A stretch of DNA of 64,000 nucleotides from Eledone cirrhosa (lineage: Eukaryota). This document shows positions 54,889-64,000 of this stretch, piece after piece (positions within the stretch are counted from its first letter, which is position 1; each line of letters opens with the position of its first letter). A program made the position numbers and the translations under genes. The stretch lies in the NCBI GenBank assembly GCA_964016885.1, contig OZ024759.1, positions 36,394,001 through 36,458,000 of the forward strand. Reading direction: 5' to 3'. Below the pieces are notes generated by a model. It saw only the letters and a program-made list of their open reading frames with translations. It did not search any database and was not told where the DNA came from.

Positions 54889-55374
54889 TGATGATGATGA
54901 TCATCATCATCACCGCCATTATTGTTATTTGAATAAATAAATGATAAAGAAATCATCACCACCAACAACAACCCCCATCATCATAACCACCACCACCACC
55001 ACCACCACCCTACCCCCATCATCATAACCACCACCACCACCACCACCACCACTACCACCACCACCACCACCACCCTACCACCACCACCACCCCACCCTAC
55101 CACCATCACCATACCACCACCGCCACGACCACCACTATCATCACCACACCACCATCACCATACCACCACCGCCACCACCACCACCACCATTATATTGTCA
55201 TTTATAAGATCCTATATGTCCTTACTCTCCCCTCTCCCCTAAGTCTTTGACTTCAAATATGTCTGACTTAGAAAAAAATGTTTAATCTTCGTTTCCATTT
55301 TTTTTTTCTTTTTCACTGGATTTTTCAACCCACTAACTCCATACTTAATATGTGGAGTTTTTTATAATATCAGC

Positions 55375-55441
<67 letters not shown>

Positions 55442-55873
55442 TAGGTATATATACATGGGGAGGGTCATATTTGTGTAATAATATTGCCAGAATTAATAAC
55501 AGAACACACTCACTGTTTGGTTGGTTTTCGCTTCTGTGTCTTTTATATCGGTTAATTTAATTTATTCGGTCCTCAATGTTACCAAAAACCTCGCAAAACT
55601 AATTCATCGCCGTTATGGTATATATATGTATACATATAAAGGTTTACATATATATATATATATTGTGAAGTTTACATATATATATATACATATATACATA
55701 TGTATATATATTGTGAAGTTGCGTGGCTGAGTGAAATGAGACTTGGATTTGCAATTGTGAGGTTGTGAGTTCAATTTCCAGCCCGAGTGATTCTTTATTG
55801 TTTCCTCGGTCCGATTTGACGAAAGTCGATCGACTGTCAATATATATATATTGTTTTTTTCTTTTTGTTACAG

Positions 55874-56067
55874 GGGACCGAAACCTGCTCCCAGTTCTCT
55901 CAACCCCACCACAAGTGCGCCTCGGGTTTTCATCGGTTCCAACTTACCGTTTTGGGGTCTTTAGCACATGTTGGATCAAAGCTGGTACAGAAATGGGTCC
56001 CTACATAGGCCGTGTGGTACAGTGCTGCGAAATTAACATGCGAATACCGAACGAGACCATGTGGGAA
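55874..56067 (+). CDS. PRDM12: PRDM12 coding exon 2 (PR/SET domain, N part)
   Basis: ttacag|GG ... FGVFSTCWIKAGTEMGPYIGRVV...MWE|gtaag; WIKAGTEMGP is characteristic of PRDM12. Confidence 0.93.
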
Positions 56068-56125
56068 GTAAGCTAAACGAGAATTCATTCTTTCTTTTTC
56101 TTTGTGTGCATATATACATGTATAT

Positions 56126-56179
<54 letters not shown>

Positions 56180-56381
56180 AAACAAACATAAATTATCGAG
56201 ATTCGCATTTCGGCCCACGAAATAACGAAAAACAACCTCCGACATGTGTGGCAAGTGTTCAATGATTCAAATGAACCAGAGCTATAACAAACGTTAAAGG
56301 CCAAACACACTGAGACGATGGTTAAACAATCATTCGCATAGCTAAAAAAAAAACAAAAAACATATATATATATATATATAT

Positions 56382-56447
<66 letters not shown>

Positions 56448-56474
56448 GGTAACACAACAGTTAGGTCACCATAC

Positions 56475-56512
56475 CGAGAACAATTGTTTCACCTTAGCGG
56501 ATCTTCAGCTCG
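56475..56512 (-). ncRNA. Type I hammerhead in a fold-back element (mirror copy 56528-56565 +)
   Basis: CGAG-CTGAAGA-T-CC-GCTAA-GG-T-GAAA-CAATTG-TT-CTCG; palindromic stem III. Confidence 0.72.
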
Positions 56513-56660
56513 TACACTGAAGTAGTACGAGCTGAAGATCCTCTAACTTGAAACAATTGTTCTCGGTATGGTGACCTAACTGTTGTGTTACCACTTCTAC
56601 CTAACTCGTCCCATGGACTAAGTGCTCTACCACTACGGATATTACCTTCCAGTGTTCTAC

Positions 56661-56740
<80 letters not shown>

Positions 56741-56752
56741 ATTTTTAAACAG

Positions 56753-56908
56753 GTTTTCGATGACAGTGGAGAAATCTTGTATTTTCTGGAAACTGACCAG
56801 AGCAACCCTTCCTCCTGGCTGTCCTACATAAATTGTGCCAGGAATGACCAAGAACAAAATCTGGAAATTTACCAATCTGGCAGAGAGATTTACTACAGGG
56901 CTTTAAAG
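56753..56908 (+). CDS. PRDM12: PRDM12 coding exon 3 (PR/SET domain)
   Basis: aaacag|VFDDSGEILYFLETDQSNPSSWLSYINCARNDQEQNLEIYQSGREIYYRALK|gtaag. 156 nt, phase 0 to 0. Confidence 0.93.
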
Positions 56909-56940
56909 GTAAGAATAATGTCAATACTATTGTATATATA

Positions 56941-56974
<34 letters not shown>

Positions 56975-56986
56975 CACAAATATATG

Positions 56987-57029
<43 letters not shown>

Positions 57030-57168
57030 AATATATGTAATATATATATATATATATAACTAAAATAACAGGAGACTGGACTGGTGTAAATTCTTAAAAA
57101 GTTTAATATACTATGATCGTTTAAATGACCGGGTTCCGTATGAATCCGGTGATATCATCAGGTATTCG

Positions 57169-57278
<110 letters not shown>

Positions 57279-58257
57279 TGGCGGACTGGCCAGGTTGCCA
57301 GGTTGCCCAATGGCAAATGAGCACCGGGGGTCCCACGGTAGCATTGCAAGAGCCCACAGTAGCATTGCAGGGCCCACTGTAGTATTTTAGGGGCCAATAC
57401 TTTGCTTTCAATGTATATATATATATATAATGCCAATCATTGTAAGTTTGAATCTAACTGACATGCAAAAAACATATATATAGGAATAAGGTAAGTTAAG
57501 TAATATTTGAATAGAAGATTCAAATATCACAGAGAGAGGGGGGTGCAACAGAAATGAAACATGGATTACAGGTTAAAATATCGTCTAGATAGATGTGAAA
57601 CAAAACGAGAATGTAGTTTATGGAACACCCAAATGATTTAGAAGTCGACCTTAAGTAGGAGCAATAACATTAAGAAAGGCATGAACGACACCACAACACT
57701 TTGCTTTAAATATTTTGAAAGTAGGTTTATAAGTATGAATTTTCATAAGATTTTTGTAGTAGTCTCTGTGGCCTAGCGGTAGGTACCTTTTTTTCAGTTT
57801 TTATTTTACGACCAATAGAAAAAAACTGAACCCGACCAGAATCGAACTCCAGACCAGTATCACCAGCGTCTATGATTCTCCCAACTCGGCCACCGAGACA
57901 TCTACAATATTATAATGAAAATTGATAATTATAAACCTACTTTCAAAATCAAAGTTAAAAAGATGTGGTGGAGTTCATGGCTTTCCTAGAGCTATTAGTA
58001 ATATTTTGGGTCGACTTCTGGTCATTATTGAAAATCTTTGGATTTCGCAAAATACATGATATTTTTTACTGGGGAAGGTAAGATATTTTTCCGCCAAAAT
58101 TTGATTGCACTGTTTTGTTTCCACTTATTTATTTTTCGAAAATGTTATTTATTCATTATAAAAATTAAATGAGAGCACTCTATAGTTAGGTGGGCCCCTT
58201 TCATCTCCTGGATATATATATATTTAAAAGAATAGAGGTGTAACACACGAGTTATGA

Positions 58258-58643
58258 TATATTGGTAAAAGGAAAAGAAAATGCTGACAAATTGTTCCCA
58301 GTGAAAAATAGTTTAATTAGGAATAAATAAAAATTAGTAATAGTATTGGTTAGTATTCAGTTTTGGCTTTAAGCTTTTACCGGTTGCGCATTTCTAATGC
58401 TTTTCAAAAATAATTTTGAGATAGAGCGCCCGTGATGTTTGCTCTAATCCGGATTAGAGCAAACATCACGGGCGCTCTATCTCAAAATTATTTTTGAAAA
58501 GCATTAGAAATGCGCAACCGGTAAAAGCTTAAAGCCAAAACTGAATACTAACCAATACTATTACTAATTTTTACTTATTCCTAATTAAACTATTCTTCAC
58601 TGGGAACAATTTGTCAGCATTTTCTTTTCCTTTTACCAATATA
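58258..58643. repeat. Near-perfect palindrome with ~193-bp arms
   Basis: Centre ...CTAATCC|GGATTAG... at 58450/58451, no spacer; 2 mismatches seen. Confidence 0.95.
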
Positions 58644-58819
58644 TATATATATATATATATATATTTAAAAGTTAAACAAGGTTCAATGAATACATCAAAG
58701 AATGAGTTTTACAATAGATTGGAAGCACTCAACATAAATATTGAGTTTTGTCATATGTTAATCACTACCATGACTGAATCTTAACCATCTAATATGTCAG
58801 TGTATGTCATGCATCATCC

Positions 58820-58886
58820 TATTTTATCTGATGAGGGCGTACTGTTAAACTTAACTCAGTATCTCGGAAATATGTATAATAAAATA
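58820..58886 (+). ncRNA. Type I hammerhead (sense to PRDM12 pre-mRNA, intron 3)
   Basis: TATTTTAT-CTGATGA-[GTACTG...CAGTAT stem II]-GAAA-TATGTA-TA-ATAAAATA. Same stem I as the 15858 ribozyme but a different stem II. Confidence 0.72.
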
Positions 58887-58926
58887 CAATTGATCACAAG
58901 AATATCTATTTTGTTAATATTTTGAA

Positions 58927-59020
<94 letters not shown>

Positions 59021-59589
59021 ATAATCCCACCGTCAAGTCTATAATATTACTCCTCCCTACTCACAGAGTTAACCAAATCCCGCCCCTCTTTCGTCTTCCA
59101 TTCTTATCAAGTCAGCCAATCAGAATTCGCCCTTGATAATCTTTCTGCCACCTCCTACTGTGATGTGGAGACCAATGGTTGTTGTCGAAATATTCCGTCG
59201 CCAGTGTCATGTATGTGTTACTACTGACGTGTAATCTCATATACACACACATACACATGTACATCAGTATACATATACATAGTTATGTATATATATCATC
59301 ATCATCACCGTTTTACGTCCGTTCTTCCACGCTAGCATGGGTTAGACGGGTTGTCCTGTTGTGGGCAGTGTCTGGTCGGCTGACCATGCCTTGCTCATAC
59401 AGGAACTGATTTGGCTTGATTTCTACAGCTGGATGCCCTTCCTAGCACCAACCTCATTTACATTGAGTGCTGGGTGCTTTTTCGTGGCGCCTACACGTCC
59501 ACTTTACAGTGTGGGCTGGGTGCTTTTTTTCCGTGGCACCTCCACGACCACCTTGCAGTGGGAAGGTGTGGGGGCATATTGTCTATATG

Positions 59590-61443
59590 CTTCAGCTTGT
59601 ACCCATGGGAGGTCGGGTACTCTGTATTACTGCGTGACGCCAGAGGTCACGGTCGTGTGTCATCGCCTTTGAGAGGTGTAATTGAGTAAGGTCGGCTTTT
59701 ATCACCTCATCCCAGGTCATCTTGGGTCTCCCCACTCCGCGGGTTCCATCGACTTCTAGTGCTCTGCACCTTTTTATGCAGCTGTCATCCTTCATACGCA
59801 TCACATGTCCATACCAACGCAACCGCCTCTCCTGCACACAGCATTTGATTCCTCTTATGCTCAGTCTCTCTCTCAATTCATTTATGCTTTGTCGTTCGTG
59901 TATATTAGTATTACACATCCATCGGAGCATGCAGGCTTCGTTTCTCTCTAATCTACGTAAGTCTTCCACTTCAGCGCCCAGATCTCACTACCATGTAACA
60001 TTGCTGTTCGGATATACGCATGATACAGTCTGCCTTTCATTTTGAGGGAGAAGCCTTTTGCAGCTAGCAGTGGCAGTAGTTCCCTGAACTTCTTCCATCC
60101 CATTCTTACCCTAGTTATTGTAATTTCTGAACACCCACCTCCGCTGCTAATTCGGTCACCTAGGTAGAAGCTGTCTACTGTCTCTACAGAGCCCTCCCAG
60201 AGATTGGTGGTACTTGTTTCCTGTGGCTGTTTGCTGCTTGCTGTCCCAGCACAGCTGCTGCATGTGAAGCCTACATTCTTAATTAAGCTTCCTGAGATCC
60301 CGCTACATCTCGTGTACCCATTGTTTGTATTTGGGGAAGAGAATGGAGTTCCTACCTACACCTTTCCTACATACTGAGCAAGGCCATTTCCCTGAGGGGA
60401 TCTGGGTTCTGTTTTCTCGTCTACTTACAAGGACCTTAGTCTTTGTCATGTTGACTTTGAGACCCTTTCTTTCTAGTCCCTGCTTCCAAGTTTGGAATTT
60501 ATTCTCTAGTTCTACCATAGATTCAGCTATAAGTGCGAGGGCATCCGGTCTTAAACTCCTCCGTTATTGCCTGCAGGACTATGATGAACAGGTGGGGGCT
60601 AAGAACAGAGCCCTGGTGGACCCCAACCTGTACGCTAAATTCCTCGCTATACTCATTGCTAATCCTAACTTTGCTGACTGCTCCCCTATACATGGCTTGC
60701 ACAGCTTTCACAAGCCATTCATCTACTCCTAGTTTTCTAAGAGCCCACCAGATTACAGCACGTGGAACTCTGTCAAAGGCTTTCTCGAGATCGACGAATG
60801 CCAGGTAGAGTGGCTTACTTTTAGCTAGGAAGTGGTGCCTCTTCCTGGTACAAACCCAAATTGCATCTCATCTAGTTTCACCCGGTCCTTAATCAACTGT
60901 GCTATAACTCTTTCTGTTACTTTCATGACCTGGTCCATCAGCTTATACCTCTATAGTTTCCTCTATCGAGTGCATCACCTTTACCTTTGTAGCAGTTGAC
61001 AATGATGCTACTGCACCAATCTTCTGGTATGACACCTTCTAGTATTACCTGGTTAACAATACGTGTGGTTATGGTGTGACCTACAGACCCAGATGCCTTC
61101 AGCATCTCGGCAGCTATACCCGATGGACCTGGTTGCCTTCTCTGTCTTCATATCTTTGATTGCCTTACTTACTACGCTGCTGCTGACCCCTCTATAGGGT
61201 CTACTTGGAGTAGGGTCTCTTCTTCCAATGCATTCTCCTCATTTAGTAATCTATCATAATGACTCTTCCATGCATCTTTCTTCTCAGCACTTGTGAAGGC
61301 AAGCTCACCTTTATCATTCCGGATACACTTCTCTCCAATGACATCACAATTCTCTCTGACACACTGCCTCGCAATCTTGAACACCTCCTCTTTCTGGTCG
61401 TCACGTTGCAAAACATGCTTGAATTTTCTATCCTCTGCTTCTC
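59590..61443 (-). mobile_element. RTE-clade LINE, 5'-truncated and degenerate
   Basis: RT motifs (FVDLEKAFD, VGVHQGSVLSP), WPCSVCRKGVG, and the C-terminal QERRLRWYGHVMR...GRPKMTW, broken by frameshifts. Confidence 0.88.
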
Positions 61444-61916
61444 TCATATATATATATACATACATAGTTATGTATGTATATATATATATATACATAGTTA
61501 TGTATATATATATATATATACATAGTTATGTATATATATATATATATACATAGTTATGTATATATATATATATATACATAGTTAGTTATGTGTATATATA
61601 TATATATATATATACATAGTTAGTTATGTATATATATATATAGTTATGTATATATATATATATATATACATAGTTATGTGTATATATAAACATAGTTATG
61701 TATATATATATATATATATGATGAAATGATGATGATGATATATATATATATATATATATATATAAGGGTGGTGCCCCAGCATGGCCTCAGCTGGAACAGG
61801 TAAAAGAGTATATATATATATATATATATGTATATATAGATATACACAGACATATATAAATGCACACACGCACATATATATATACACACACATATATATA
61901 TATGTCCTCTCTCTAG

Positions 61917-62031
61917 GATATTCCACCTGAGCAAGAATTGTTGGTATGGTACAGTTCCAGACAAGATGCCTACATGGGAATTCCAGGAATGACTTCATTC
62001 ACTAATAACGAGTATGTTAAATGGAAAGCAG
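61917..62031 (+). CDS. PRDM12: PRDM12 coding exon 4 (PR/SET domain end)
   Basis: ctctag|DIPPEQELLVWYSSRQDAYMGIPGM...KA G|gtaag; contains the ELLVWY motif. Confidence 0.92.
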
Positions 62032-62066
62032 GTAAGTGGATAGCATTGCTACATTTCCTTATATGT

Positions 62067-62107
<41 letters not shown>

Positions 62108-62369
62108 TAAGGATACTATTTATGGTTATGTATATACTAAAACTTTTTATAGTTATATATATTTTAAACCCTAAACAGTGAAGGTCAGTAATTTATTACT
62201 ACCTTATTACCAGTAAGATAAATAGCTCAATGTAATAAAATCAGTTGTTCTACAGAGCAGTTATATAGAATATTCTATATAAATATGTAGAGGTTACATT
62301 TAATTTGTTGGGATACAAGCAAAATAATTTTATAACTGATATAAAGCACTCAACAAATTATTGGAGTAA

Positions 62370-62491
62370 ATATACAATATATTAACAAATGGAAACTATT
62401 TTTATAAAACCATATTTATTTCATTATACATGTATAATGAAATAAATATGGTTTTATAAAAATAGTTTCCATTTGTTAATATATTGTATAT
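62370..62491. repeat. Perfect palindrome with 61-bp arms
   Basis: Centre TACA|TGTA at 62430/62431; arms checked base by base. Confidence 0.95.
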
Positions 62492-62642
62492 ATATATATA
62501 TATATACAAATACATATATACAAATATATATATATATATATACAAATATACATATATATATATACAAATATACATATATATATGTGTGTATATATACAAA
62601 TATATATATATATATGTGTGTATATATACATACAAATATACA

Positions 62643-62699
<57 letters not shown>

Positions 62700-62994
62700 A
62701 TATACATGTATAACTTTGATAGGTTTTGACTATGTTGAAAAATGAACCTCATTTAGTCATTCCATGAGAGTATCTTGGTCAGTCTACGAAGGAGTGATGC
62801 TAGAGCTGTGAGATCTTGCATACATTAATTTCAACTCTTCTTATTAATAACTGCATTGTTTCTTTCTTGGGACTATGCTGAAAAATAAACCTCATTTAGT
62901 CATTCCATGAGAGTATCTTAGTCAGCCTATCAACTTTTCAGCCGAGCAACCCCTCATATTTATCCTCATAAATTTGTTTCCTCTTATATTTCAG

Positions 62995-63282
62995 AGTCTG
63001 TTAGTCGAGGTTGTAAAGTGTCCCAGCACCCTACTCAGACACAAACTGCTCAACAGCCCCCACAATGGGCCAATTCAGATGGCAGCCGAACATCTTCAAA
63101 TTCTTTGCCTACACTGGGGACACGGCTACACTGTGTTTTGTGTAGGAGGGGTTTCAATTCACGCAGCAACCTGCGTTCACATATGCGTATCCACACTTTG
63201 GAGAAGCCCTTTGTTTGCAAGTTCTGTAGTCGTAGTTTCAGTCAGTCATCTACATTACGTAACCACATACGTCTTCATACAG
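62995..63282 (+). CDS. PRDM12: PRDM12 coding exon 5 (zinc fingers 1-2)
   Basis: tttcag|AG... [51 protein letters not shown]|gtgag; near-identical to PRDM12 fingers. Confidence 0.95.
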
Positions 63283-63414
63283 GTGAGTTAATGGCATTCA
63301 TTACACATAGCTTAAGTTTAATATAGAAATGGCTTCTACAGGACTAGAACTGTTTCACTACACAATGGTAAATCCGACACTTGTGTCATGCTTGGCTGAG
63401 TAATTTGTAAATCT

Positions 63415-63722
63415 CTTCTTCTTCCACATATTCCTGAGAGGGTCGTGGGAGGCAAAGTCCTCAAATACTCCTTCCACGGGTCCTGTCAGAAGCAACTGTC
63501 TCAAACTGAAGCGGCTGGATCCCCAAGTGAGACCCTCATGGATGTTATCCAACCATCTTGCTCGGGGTCTACCCCTGGGTCTCCTACCTGTTGGTTTTGC
63601 CCGTAAAATCTGTCCAGTGATTCTTTCCTGAGACATTCTAACCACATGTCTATAGTATCAGAGTTGTGATCTCTCAATTCGGAGAAGTAATGACTCTACC
63701 TTGAGTGACTCTTTGATCTCTG
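63415..63722 (-). mobile_element. LINE 3' end (third family) inside PRDM12 intron 5
   Basis: GHVVRMSQERITGQIL...RRPRGRPRARW followed by a (GAA)n tail. Sister copies at 1860-2190, 21290-21590 and 34440-34700. Confidence 0.75.
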
Positions 63723-63783
63723 AGTGACACTTTATCAAGTAACATTTAATTTGTATGTAAACTTTTTTTTATATATCTTTCAG

Positions 63784-64000
63784 GAGAGAAGCCCTACCGC
63801 TGTGTGGTGTGTCAGAGCTCATATTCACAGCTGGCAGGTCTGCGTGCTCATCAGCGAAGTTCTCGTCACAGGCCACAGACCAACACCTCATTCAACAGCA
63901 GTCCTTACCATAAGCAGAGACCGGTTGTTATCGGAATAACATCATCATCGCCGTCATCATCATCATCATCACCATCAACAGCAACCATGACACAGAAAAA
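63784..64000 (+). CDS. PRDM12: PRDM12 coding exon 6 (zinc finger 3 + Ser-rich tail), truncated by the window end
   Basis: tttcag|[32 protein letters not shown]...[21 protein letters not shown]; no stop before 64000. Confidence 0.93.

Noticed and set aside
53146-54940. Long ORFs of 220-587 aa (YIPLYTIVII...)
   Set aside because: Open in all three plus frames because the repeat modules lack stops; no domain or splice evidence.

Overview
AT-rich, microsatellite-dense animal genomic DNA. The repeat content (tRNA-SINEs, RTE LINEs) suggests an octopod cephalopod, but that is an inference. Two spliced genes lie head-to-head, and neither appears as one ORF in the track. (1) A TAB2/TAB3 orthologue on the minus strand: 6 coding exons, 24922->8036, 525 aa, CUE + coiled coil + NZF, with a candidate non-coding exon 1 and promoter near 33.2-33.4 kb. 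(2) A PRDM12 orthologue on the plus strand: 6 coding exons from 44125, PR/SET domain + 3 C2H2 fingers, running off the window end. Exon phases are consistent in both. Most long ORFs in the track are microsatellite artefacts. The most notable non-coding signal is a dense set of type I hammerhead-ribozyme motifs, about 20 complete, partial or decayed copies in several sequence families. They are carried by a Penelope-like retroelement and by short solo or fold-back derivatives sitting mostly in (TA)n tracts. One family shows a compensatory stem I change, and several have unusual cores (U.U at the base of stem II, CAGANGA). All calls were read by eye; none were computed or database-checked.
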